This document shows positions 12,215 through 25,600 of a stretch of DNA of 64,000 nucleotides, piece by piece. Below the pieces are notes generated by a model that saw nothing but the letters and a program-made list of their open reading frames with translations, ran no database searches and was not told the origin of the DNA. Each line of letters starts with the position of its first letter. The stretch's first letter is position 1. Location: assembly GCF_006345805.1 (NCBI RefSeq), contig NC_043000.1, positions 103,788,001-103,852,000 of the forward strand, in the 5' to 3' direction. Origin of the DNA: Octopus sinensis. Lineage: Eukaryota. The position numbers were made by a program, and so were the translations under genes.

Positions 12215-15200
12215 GGAAGTTATGAGAGGTAATGGTGTCACAAAGACCCAAAGGTCTCAGGTAATGCTGAGTAAGTGCTATGGACAGACCATAGTTAAGC
12301 TCCAGGTTCGGTGATTATGTGAATAAGGAGTCCATCATAGGTCATATATCAGCATGTGTATATATAAAAAATTTTCAGAATGAGACAAAAATCCAAGGCT
12401 GTGAAAGATTTTAGAACATTTATAAATAGAAGGTCTTACAGATGTTTCCGGGATATTTTATATATCCCTTCAATGGAGATGGTGTGAGAAAATGGTTAAG
12501 CAATAGTTAATTTAGATAAGATATGAAATAGAGAGTGAAGTGAAGGAATGAAAATACATGTGAGATATGCATGGATATTGCATCTGTAGATCCATTCTTT
12601 AGACAGAATAGTATACATATAAGATTCCAATACCTTGTGAGTAAGTTCCTATAGTATTTAAAATTGGTCATTCAAAGTATAGTGTTTGTGCACAATTTTA
12701 TTGAATCGAGAGTTTTATTTAAAGTGACCTTGATTCAATAACACTGAAAAATATAAAATGGCAACAATTTACCCATCGCACCTGTATATCAACAACACAC
12801 ACACACTCATACTGATTTTTGCTGTTGTCAGAATTCAATATACATATGCTTCAGAATAAAGCATTAGACAAGTAGATTGTGTAATATGAATTAAATGAAT
12901 GACAAGGGAACAAGAATTATATTATCAACTTCATTAGGTTACAGTTTTTTCAGCTATAAGAAGCAATGCACCTAGAGCTGAATGCTTGTGTGTCATCTTA
13001 TAACATCTTCAGAACCTTAAAAAATTCTTTAAGGCTATGTGAAAGCTATAAAACAATGCACAAGCACTCAGCTCTGGGTGCATTGCTTTATATAGCAGAA
13101 ACAGTTGTTAATTACTCAATTCCTGTTCCTCTGTCATTCACGTAATTTACACACACATGCGTGCATGCGCACACGTATTTATTATTTCATTTCTCTTTCT
13201 GCATCTTCTTCATTGTAGAATAAACCTTGATATCATATTTAGAACTTCATATCAATTTTTTATCTTTTCTGTTAATTATACTTTTGTTTACTTCTAGAAT
13301 CTGGACGACTCTATATTGTTATGACATATTGTGAAGGAGGTAAGTTCTGTAGTAGTTTGGCTTTTTTTCAGTCTCACCAATAATATAGAAGTAAATATTA
13401 GAATATAAAACTATAAAGATTGTGTTCCAATTTTGCCCACTTCTCACTGCACTGTAATCCTATTATTGCATTGTTTTGTTGTATTACAACCTTATTACTG
13501 AAAATATCACACTATACTTATGTGAATTAATAATTATATTCAATATATGAAAACACATTTTGATTTTTACCATCATGGATATGTTTACATCCAAGTTAAT
13601 TGTGGGACAAAAACAAATGTTCTATTATAATTTTGATTATCAGTTTCAGTTATTAGCTTCATTGTAGCTGACAGCTCATATATATTCTCATTAAGGTTTA
13701 AGTAACAGCTTAGAAAAACTTGTTGAAAATCAGATGATGAGCTTGATAAAAATATCAGATTGATACATGTGTGTACATGGGAAGTGTGTGAGGTGAGAGT
13801 TTTATACACATTACCATTGAGAGTGATAACTTTTTTCTGATAAACTCCATCTCTGCTTTTTTTCTTTAGGTGATCTCTACTCTAGAATTAATGACCAAAA
13901 AGGTATAGAATTCTGTGAAGAGCAAGTAAGTAAGCATTTTATCACCTTGGTGGTACCAACTTTAGGGATATATATTGTATTCTCTCTCTTTTTTTTTCTC
14001 CAGTCTTCTTTCCCATCATGGATAATGCATTGCTGAAAATTTGAACATTTTCTTTTTTTTTTATTTCCTTAGTCTGTAGAGGTGACATTGTACCCAGAGT
14101 ATTTTAGATTCTCTTAAAATGGGGTTATTAATTGAAGGGAATGACATTTAGTTTGAAATAATTTAGAAGGTACTGGGAAAACAGGAGGCAAAAGATTTCC
14201 TGAGTTCGGAAAGGGCTGAGAGTTAATGTTTTACAAATAAGTGAAGGAATTGAGAAAGAAAATTTGAGTACATTTTGTGGATTCAAATGGGAATTGCATG
14301 CAGTAAACATTTTTAGAGAATCTTCAGATTTGGAAATGTGTTTCAAAGCTTTAGGCTCTTTGTTAATATTGATCCTTCAAACATACAATATGTGATGTAC
14401 CAGTGAATACAAAGAAGAAAATATAGTGCTGGGGTTTGCTAAAGGATCCTCAACATTTATCTGTTGCAGAATTTGAAAACTATAACTCATCAGTACATAT
14501 TCCAGCATGCTAATCACTTTGTGACTTTACCTGATTTAAGTTCTATTTTAGCAGCAGAATTTACTTACATTTAGAAGTAATTTCTAACAACACCACACTT
14601 TCATTTCTGCTCAAACTTACTTGTAGCACTTCCCTCTTGGGTTGTCATTTTTACAATATATATTCTTTCTGGACCCTTTATCAAGACTTATATGATACAA
14701 TACTTCAATTTGAGGAATGGTGTTATATTGAACTCTTTTCCTTGTAATAAGCCCCTACCTTACAATAATCTTCAACTCCTCAAATACCACATCAATTACA
14801 CTCTTCTTGATTTAGCCGTTGAGGAACCTCTATGTAATTCAAGAAATATCAGAAAACTCTTCCTCACATCTCACCCTGCCTCTTTAAAAATGGAAGGGCA
14901 ATTTGGACAATTAAGTCTTTGATTGACAAAATGATTGGATGGTCAGGACTGCAATGGAATAACTTTTCATAATAAATCTACTTAATCAAAACTGTCCTGG
15001 GATTAAACAGTCTTGCTTTATAATTGAGAAGCTTACTGTTAGAAGATAACTATCATGCAGTTTCTCTAAAATATACAAATGTCTGCATTTTCAAAAACTA
15101 TTGAAACCTGGAAAATTTGATTTAAAAAATAGAACAAAGAACAAAAACAAAGTAAGATGATAAAAAAAATGTTTAAAATTATATGTAATTTCTTTGTAAG

Positions 15201-16766
15201 GATTTTTGTTTTTGTTTTCTAGATCTTAGATTGGTTTGTTCAAATATGCTTGGCTGTGAAATATATCCATGACAAAAACATCTTACACAGAGACATAAAA
15301 TCTCAGGTAATATAATTTATTTTATATCCAATTTTCCATACTGGCATGGTTTGGATGGGTCTATTACAGTACAATATCTCATCACTTGCCACAATACTTA
15401 ATCATCTGATACATATAACACCAGAAAAAACTGGCCATGCATATAGTTTATGCATGCTTTTTATAGTTAGATACCTTTCTAAATCATGAATTACTTGACG
15501 GCATATACTGTGCGCATTGTATTAGTATCTTGTTATCAATACAAGCGAACTTGTCTGCTTGGATTAGAGAGTACTTTCCACTTTTTCTAATCTTTGTAAA
15601 ATGTTCCAAGTTATTCGAGAGATGTAAAATTAAGTATTGACCAATGTCCTCCTGTGCCTAAATCAGAAGTTATTTTTATTATGAAGGTGGTAAGCTGGCA
15701 GAATCATTAGTATGTCAAAAAAGCCAAAAATTTTATATTATTTGTAGTAAAGATCGTTTGCCAATATAACATGGCAGTCCTGGTTTAGGATGAATGTTGT
15801 TGTAATTTAGCCCCAGGAGACATCGTCTCCAGCTGGCTATACGACACAATCTGTGTCCTTATATTTTCAAACAAGGGAATCTAGCACCCTCACTCAGCTC
15901 AAAACAATATCTGTGTATCATGATTTCCAGGTTATTTCCCTTCATCAGCACAGAATAATTATTTGGCTGGAGGTGGTGCTACCAAATTCCCATTCGAAAT
16001 ATATAGTTTTCAAAGTGACAACTAGTCACTGATCTATAAATTAGAAAATTACTATTTTTAAATTTCACAACGAGAGATATTCAGCAACAGTACTTTGTAG
16101 TAAAGATCGTTTGCCAACATAACATGGCAGTCCTGGTTTAGGACGAATGTTGGTGTAATTTAGCCCCAGGAGACATTGTCTCCAGCTGGCTATACGACAC
16201 AATCTGTGTCCTTATATTTTCAAACAAAGGAATCTAGCACCCCCACTCAGCTCAAAACAACATCTTTGTATCTGTGCTGATGAAGGGAAATATTCTATGC
16301 TGATGAAGAGAAATAACCTGGAAATCACAATACACAGATAAAGTACTGTTACTGAATATCTCCCATTGTGAGATTTAAAAATAGTAATTTTCTAATTTAT
16401 ATTATTTGTCTAGCTCTTTACATACTGAGTTCAAATCCTACTGAGGTTAACTTTGCCTATTAACCTTTTGGGGTTGATAAAATAAAGTACCAGTCAGGTA
16501 CTAGGGCAAATAGTATCAAATAAGCCCCTCCCCTCAAAATTGCTAGCATTGTGCTAAGTATGAAGCATTATTCTGGCAGAATTGTTAGCATGCCAAGTGA
16601 AACGCTTAGCGGCATTTTGTCTGTTGTCGCATTCTAAGTTCACTGAGGTCAACTTTAATTTCATTCTTTTGGGGTCGATAAAATAAGTACCATTTGTGTA
16701 CTGGGGGTTGACGTAATCGACTATCCCCTCCCTCAAATTTCAGGCCTTGTGTCTATAGTAGAAAGG

Positions 16767-16829
<63 letters not shown>

Positions 16830-19058
16830 TCTTCTTATCACAGGTTTTGTTGGAACTCCTGGAGTCTTGCACATATAGTGGGCTTGGTACCTGCAGCCTA
16901 CAGTACCATGCTATCTGTTCTTTTCAACTATCTAATATTTTCCTGATTATTCTGGCTGTGCCAAGGAGACAAGCTTTTGTATCAGTTTTACTGAGCACTC
17001 TATTCCAATTTCCTTTATATTCCTTTCGATTCCTTCTAATACTGTCCCCAAGGACCCAACAGTAATTGGCACTATCTTCACCTTCTTCATTTCGTACTTA
17101 AGAAGGTTGTATTTATCTATTTTTTCACCTTCCTTCTTGACTATTTGTGGGTCAAAGGGGCATGCAACATCAACTGTATAGTACATGTGGTGCACCTTGT
17201 CCACCACCACTAGGTTCAGTCTGTTATGCTCTAGCATCTGATCTGTTTGGATCGGGAAATCCCAGAGGATTTTGCTTCTCTCCAACTCCACCACTCTCTG
17301 TGGGTTGTGCTCATACCATTATTAAGATCTTCTCAGGTTAACAGTGTTTTTCTTAGGATGTGGGCACTACCCATGAGAACAGTCTTTTGTAGGTTTGCTA
17401 TTTTGAAATTTCCTGGTATTTGATCATAGTGTTTAAGAGTGCCATTTGGTATTTTAGTCAAAGTTCTAATGATCACAGGTACAGTTGTTGTTCTTGAATG
17501 CCACATTTTTGAGACCTCCATTTCAAGGTTCTTGCATTTACTTAACGTTTCAAATGTTTTCACTGAAATATTGCTGGGATTGACATACTTATGAGCAGAC
17601 ACATTTTGTCAATGTGATTTTTACCATGATATCTGGTCTGTTAGCCTGTATAACACAATTAATTTGAATACTAAAGTCCTACAAATAGTAATGTCTTTTT
17701 TTCCTACTACTGTGGCATAGTGTGGTAATGTAAAATCGGTGTTAGTGAATAAAATGTCTAGTAGTATTTAGTTACTCTCCTGTACATTTTGATTTTAAAT
17801 CATGCCAGGGTCAGCATTGCTTTTGTCTTGAGGATCCTTGGTCACCAATGTTGTGGGGTTGTGATGATGAATGTGTTTTGTGTTGATCATCATCATGTGC
17901 TGTAGCTGGCTGCATATGTAATAAATGAAGTAAACTCACAAACTTTCAACTTTTAACATATTCATTGTTGTAAATGGTTTACTATGCAGGCTGTTAACAA
18001 AAGCAAGATGCTGATAATATAACCATGGACTGGGAGGAGAGAGAGCCATGCTGTGTCTGTAGAAGGCTAGCTGTGATTCATTGTTAAGGAGTGTCTTTTG
18101 AAGCTGTCTGACTGAGACATCAAATATTTTTTATTGAGTGGAAAGGGGACAAATTTTAGATCATCCAATGAGCCATGTCACACCATAGCTTCATGCTGGT
18201 TAGTTGATTTATAGATCAATCACTTGAAACTGTGGAGGCTTGTTCGTGATCCCTAACTAAATATCTTGTGGTTGGGTTCAAATCCCTCCACTTTCATTCT
18301 TTTAGGAAGAATAAAATAAGTGTCTATCAAATATAGTGATTTCCCTAAAATGTATGGCTTTGAGCCTATCTTTGAAATTATTAAGATTATTATATTTATG
18401 TTATCAATGTTATCTTTTTTTAACAATATTATCGTTATGACTAATTGTTATTGTAATATTCATTATCTTCAGAATATATTTTTAACGAAAGATGGAACAG
18501 TGAAAATTGGAGATTTTGGTATTTCCAAAGTATTAAACAGGTAACTAAGATATTCATTAATTTATCCTTGATGCCTTACATGGGGTAGTTGCTTCAGGTA
18601 TGGGGTAGGATTAGTAGTATAGAAGTGGGAGATAGGTATATATAATCTCTCCAACCTGAAATTGAAACTTGATCACAGGTACAGTCTATCAAGAGCTTAC
18701 TTCTGTTTGGTTATGCTTACTAGTGCAGCTATTAGATCCATATTTTTAGGTAAATAGGGTAAAAGAAATTAAATGTTGAATTCATGCCTTAAGAATTACT
18801 AATCTTCATCGTTGAATTAATGTTCACTTTTTCAGGCATGCATGGGTTAGATGAAATTTGTTGAGGCAGATTTTTCTATGCTTGGATGCCCTTCCTGTCA
18901 CCAGCCCTCATCTTTTGTTATATTTCTGCTGCTTTCAAATAAAGCATATTACTCTACCTCTGGTATTTGAGTACAGTATTTCAGACAGTTTTGTTAAAAT
19001 GTCCGACGAACAGGAACATGAAACTGCTTTTGTTATATTTCTGCTGCTTTTAAATAAA

Positions 19059-19103
<45 letters not shown>

Positions 19104-19307
19104 ACGTAAAAGCACCTGTCCAGTGTCATGTAAAAGCACCCAGCACACTCTGTGAGATGGTTGGCATCAGGAAGGAGATCCAGCCATAGAAACCATGCCA
19201 AATCAGACTGGAGTCTGGTGCAGCTCTCCAGTTTGCTAGCTCTGGTCAAACCCATGCCAGCATGGACAACTGATGTTAAATAATGATGATGATGATATAT
19301 ATATATA

Positions 19308-19367
<60 letters not shown>

Positions 19368-19632
19368 GAAGTAAATATATGGTACAACGAAGTACCGATA
19401 TTTACTGGAAAATAGCAAACGTAATAAATACGACGCTAATGTATAGCTTCACTGCGTATGTACTAGCAAAAATGCGTGTGTGCAACAAACTTGAAAAAAA
19501 TTGTCTTACCTCCAGGGAGAACATCTGAAAGATATCGGTACTTCGTTGTACCATATATTTACTTCTATGTATAATTTTCCCTCACGGGCTATTCTTTACT
19601 GGAAAGCAATACTTTCGTATTGCATTACTATT

Positions 19633-19663
<31 letters not shown>

Positions 19664-22600
19664 GTAATACCAGTGTATGGGTCTGTATGTTGCTGTTTAG
19701 CCTCAGATCTGCTCTGATCTATCAGACCTATGATCAGATGTTTCAGATGAGCCCATATTATTGTCTTTTATTTTAAGTCAATATAATATCTCTGGTTACT
19801 GTATCCAACATGCTATTCTTTTTTTTCTCTAAGTATGTTAGGAATTAAAGGAGCTTTGGCTGCTATTTGTAGCACATTAAACAATCATTGAACAATCATG
19901 TAGAGTGGTATTAAGGAATTCAAATTTTGATGGAATTTTTGTATTCATACTTTTCTCTCAAAGGCATTGGTAGTATAAATTAGACACCTTCATTTTGTAA
20001 TCAAAAACCAACTTAAGTACTTCAGTAGACACATACTGTTTTATATTAAATATAAAACACTTAGCCCTATCTTTCTGTCCATATGACTCTAAAGTAAAAA
20101 CCTGTGTGCATTGTACATGCTCCTTTGGTTAACACATATACTTAATGATTATTCTGCTTTCATTTAAACTTAAATTGTAGAGCAGCTCCTCTTCCGTAAA
20201 CTTTTAGCAATCATAGTTGTTATGGTGTTAATAGAAACCGATAAAACTATTACAGGTGTGGCCTCCCGTGTGATATGATAGAAATTTTCCTCTGCCAAAT
20301 TTAATCTGTCAAAAAGGCTAAGCATAGCAATTTAAACTATCTTTATTGCTGCTGGATTTGGGTTATTTTGAATGCTAAAAGATTACAAGTAGCACAATGC
20401 AATTTCTAGATTTCTCTCTACTCATCCTGATTGACATCTGAAGTATTTGTGGTATAGCAAGTACTAGTATATATTTTTCTAGTACTCATGTTTCATTACC
20501 AGTGATATTAGTTTTAAACACAATGCAGTTTGTGCATTATCTTTTTTTTTTTAACATAGCTATGGTAGTACCTGCAATATATTCCTGGCTCAGATAATTT
20601 TATTTTTCTAACATATATTTTTCAGTACCTGTGATATGGCAAAAACTTGTATAGGAACACCTTTCTACCTTTCTCCAGAGATTTGTGAAAATCGGCCATA
20701 TAACACTAAAAGGTTTGTTTTGTCTCTTGCTTGTTTCTTTGTTTCCTTTATATTTGTGACAATTTTAACTCGACTACTTAATCAACATCATCATTTCACT
20801 TCTTCCAGCCTGCATATTTGCTAACCTGACCATTCCATTGCGTAGATGGTGGTAAATTGATACTCTGTTATGCTAGTATGTCTGATTATTCTTTTAGCAG
20901 TGGAAGTCCTTGGGGCATAAGAACATTTCAACTAGCCAGGATGTTACTAGTTGATATCTGTCATTACAGTGCATCTTTAGTCAAGATATTTAATTCTCAA
21001 ATGACTTACAGATTTACAATAGGTACATATAGAAATATGTGTTTGTGTGTGTATAACAAAACTGGAGAGTAGGTTCATAAATTAAATATGCAGGTGGGAG
21101 AGTGGCAGAAATACTTTATGGTGTATCTTCTAGCTCTCTAAATTCTGAGTTCAAATCCAACCTGCTTGGAGACAGCAATAGGAAACCACTCCAGTATTTA
21201 TCATGTATATATACATTGTGATTTTTCTTACTATTTGAGACCAATGAAAGGAAACTTGAACTATACACAAGTTCTCTTTGCAGTTTTCTCTCTCAAAATA
21301 TTAGGACGCATATGGAATTTTAAATAATTTTGATGCCATGTAATTTGAATTTGAATCGCACTATAAAAATACACACACAAACACACACACACACACACAC
21401 ATGCACACAGTCATCATTTAGTGCCCACATTTCCATGCTTCCATGGGTTGCATGGAATTTTAAGCAGATTTTCTATGGCAGGATACCCTTCCTGTCACCA
21501 ACCCTCACCTCTAAGCAAGAAAATATTCCCCATGACCAGATATGTTTTCGCAGAAGATAGGGACACTTGTTTACAGCTTTCACATGAAATCAAAGAAAGG
21601 CGACAGTAACACACACACACATATGCACACAACCACCTACCCCCCCCCCCCACACACACACACACACAGTCATAAAGTCAGGAGGCATGAGAGGTGAATA
21701 TTCCCTGTTGCTACTGGAATTGGTCAAATTGACGTAGACGCCTTTGATGAGAATCCAATAAGTTTTGAAACTTTATTAAGACTGTTCATCATGTTTCTAT
21801 GGAGAAATAGCTAAAAAAAAAAGCCCTGTTTATAAGCTACCATCAGGTTTCTGTTAAATTGCAATGTATAAACCATCTTCTTTCAGCTAAATGTTACTTT
21901 AGTTATCTTCCTGTAATATATATTTCAAGCTTTCCCTTATCTCCAACAGTGATATCTGGTCCTTAGGTTGTGTTCTCTATGAGCTTACCAATTTACGCCA
22001 CCCGGTAAGCACTATTTTAATTTGTATTTATTTTCTTAGTGAAAAATTTACTCCTTTACAGTTCATTTACAGATCTATTACAGTAAAATGAAGTAAAATT
22101 AAGCCTTTCAGCTTCAGAATACAAGACAGATTAGATCTGCTACCCCCAGAGATGATGTATCTATCATTTCCTTGGCAAAGATGTGGTGTAAAGTATGTTT
22201 TAATTGTTGTGGGTGGTTTATGGCTCATATAAAATATATCCCATTCCTCAAATTGAAAACATATCCTCTAAATTACCCTAAATGTACAGGTGCAGTAAAT
22301 AATATCCTTCATGTTTCCATATCCTGTACATGATTGCATTGGTGTCTGTTATTCTCATTAATTCTTGACATTCATTAAAGAATTCAAGAATAGCAATTTC
22401 CCTAATTAAGCATTAATTATTTGGCAGTTAGTGGAGTTAAGTATTTTCTCAAGTATTAACTGCATTGAAATACTTATTCAGGGTTTATGAGTCAGAGTCT
22501 GACATCATTTCATCCTTTCAATCATCTTAACTCTTAACAAATTTGAGAAAGGAATTTCAAAAATTCACATATTCTGCATTCAAAAGTATTTTATTTCATT

Positions 22601-25600
22601 GCTACCCATAAACAAGTGCACGTATTTCTCTTCATGTTTATTTGTTTATTTTAAAATTTTTATCTTTTATTTTTTTTTTTAATTACTTCTAGTTCGAAGC
22701 CAGGAATTTGAACAACTTAGTTTTTAAAATTGTGAGGTAAGAAATGTTTTTTCAATATGATTAAATTATATGATAAAGAATTCCTTGTGAAAAAAACATT
22801 AAAACACTGGTTGGTCTGCTAAAAATATACTGTACACATTTCAGTTATAAAAATCAGGTCATCAGCATATTGTTTTAAACTCCTTTGTGATAATTTAGAG
22901 GACTACAGTGAACAGAAAGGAAACAAGGACTGAGTTATGATTAACCCTTAATATAGTCATGAGTCTCTTAAAAGCATACTTATTCTGTTGGAAACTCATC
23001 ACTTAGTGCATTAAAAAAAAGCCAACTTATTTGTTAATCTGTTAGAAAAAATACACCTGTTAAAAACATACTTGTTAGTTTTTTGGGTTTTTTTTAAAAA
23101 TATAATCATTAGTCTGTTAATATCATTTACTAGTCTGTTAAAAACATGTTTATTGAGACAAACATGACTATATATGAAATTAAAACCAAGGATAGGCTTT
23201 CTAAGCCATCAAACTGAATGTACAGTGCGGACATGATCTGTTTGATAGGGCTTGCACAGACGTATTATTTTAAGTGTATTTTGCTTAATTGTAATTAAAT
23301 TTAACTCTAGGCACAGTTTTTAAAAATTTTATTGTGTTTACTTACAGTGGCAGATATCCACCAGTCCCTGCAAAATATTCATCCAATCTCAGGGACTTAA
23401 TTTCTGTGATGTTGAAACGCTCAGCAATGTAAGTAAAACATCTTCTCCATTTTTAAAGTCATTTAAAGCAGGGAAGGTGATAAATGTAAGAGAGCATTGA
23501 ATCAAATGTGTTGTATATTATTTGCACCTTTACATTGCTGCACATTAGGCCTTTTGATTCTCTGGCATCACATTCCTGTTTGTTTACCTGCAATTAGACT
23601 TCAACGGATAAAACTTTTCTTTTTACAAGAATGTGAATGCCTCTTCCTTTTAATAATATATGTTAAAAGGGGAAAGTATCAGCAGACTCAACCTCACTGC
23701 TATTTTCCAACTTCAAGTATTGCCTGGATCAAAGTTATTATCAGAATAATAAATCATTAAGGGTTGGGATAATTCTATTTATAACTTTGATTAGTGGTAA
23801 GATTAGATTATTCGTTAAAAAAAAAATTAAACTTTTTGAAATTATTTGTTTAGTATTTTTATTTCATCCTTTCAAAATTGGTAAATTAAACACAATATTC
23901 TGGGTTTGATCTCTTATTAAACAGTTGACCTAGTAAATGATGGGTCATGAGCCAGTTTTGATAATGTTTATTCCTTTTGTTTGATTAATGAACTATCAAT
24001 TCATTGTAGCATAATAGAAGCGGTTTGTATTACATAATCATTTGTGCCTTTGGTATAATTTGCGATCAGACATTATGGTATTATGTATAACAAAGGCTAA
24101 CCCTTTGACTTACTGTCTATCTCACTCTGTGTACCCAGTTTTACTCACAAGACTTCCTTAAAGGATCTTTATGGTTGAATCAAGCACAGAATTTTGCGAT
24201 TGTGAAGCAAACTTCTTAACAATCAGCCATACCAACGTCCAGCTAAGTAAATAAACCAAAATTAAAAATATCATCTGAATCATCTTGTCACTACTATACT
24301 ATATATTTCACTATATATTTTCACACAGCTTTACAACACTAACTTAAAGAAATTAAATACAAATGTCTAACAAATCTTTTTAGCCGATTGTAATTATTTC
24401 CCTTAATTCATATTTTTATTTTATTGCAACCACAGCCATCCTATTTTTCTCTACTACCTCTAGGCATTGTGTACTCTGGACTATATATTATCCATTGTCC
24501 TTATTTAAACAGGTATGTTGTGATTTGAGGGAGAATTGGCTGCTATTTGTAGCAATTTAAGTAATTGTCTTGAGTTTGCTTTATTGACTCCAATACTTGG
24601 GAGTGAAGCCTGTTAAATATACATTCTTATACAAAAATTGTTTTTTTTTTTTTGACAAAAGAAATTTTGTTTTATTTTTGAGTGTGGAAGTAACAAGTTG
24701 GTGAATCAAATCGCTGTCACAGTGTCTATTCCCATTATGCTGTAGAAATATTAAATTGTTTTTTGACATGCTAATTTTATTGTACTTTCTTTGAATTCCA
24801 GGGAGCGTCCTTCAATTAACAATGTATTGAAATATCCTTTTGTTGTAAAGAGACTAGTGAAGTTTACAGTTGGCATTGTAAGTATGTTCTCATTACGAAA
24901 GAAAAAAAAATGCCTTCTTTCAGTCAAAACAGATTAAATAATTTTGCAAAGCATTAAGTACAGCATTTGCAAATAGTTGTACAATAACTTATGCTAACAA
25001 AAAGTGAAAGCTTTTATGCAAATGGAATCATTTTTATGCAATAAAATATTAAAGTTTTCTATATTCAGATCATATGTTCAAAACGTCCTGGGCAACTGGG
25101 CCACCAAAACAAAGCTCACCATTAATTGAGCATGTACCCTTCCACTTGCTAAATATCATATCAGCCTTTCCCCTGGCTGGTGAATCACTTATAAATTCCT
25201 TCCATTGTTATTCTTTTAAAATTGGATCTCATTTCTCTAACACAATTGACTTATGTATCTGAAATGAAATGTGTGCATATAAACTTCATTTATTTAGTAT
25301 TATTTTGAACTCAGTAGCTATTTTACAATGTTATCATATACTAACTTATGACAGAACCTGTTTTACCAATGAAAAACAATGGTGAAAATGCTATTAAATT
25401 AGAAATTTTCTTTCTCGCTTTCGAAATATTTTTAGGATCTTTCTCAGAATAATAACCCTCATGATGTTCGTTCCTCAGTACAATCTCGACCCCAGTCAGC
25501 AGCATCACGACCCTCTTCTGGTAAGAATTAACTTTTGTTTTTAATTATTTAAAAATTCTTTTGTACGCTTTCTTTATTGTTTCTCATATTTTATATTTCT

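Noticed and set aside
12370-12490. Possible Penelope-like terminal fragment (also ~60380-60500)
   Set aside because: Only a vague motif resemblance; no ORF or repeat structure to support it
14560-14920. Possible very old RT fragment on the minus strand
   Set aside because: Only a GLLQG-like trace; too decayed to classify by eye
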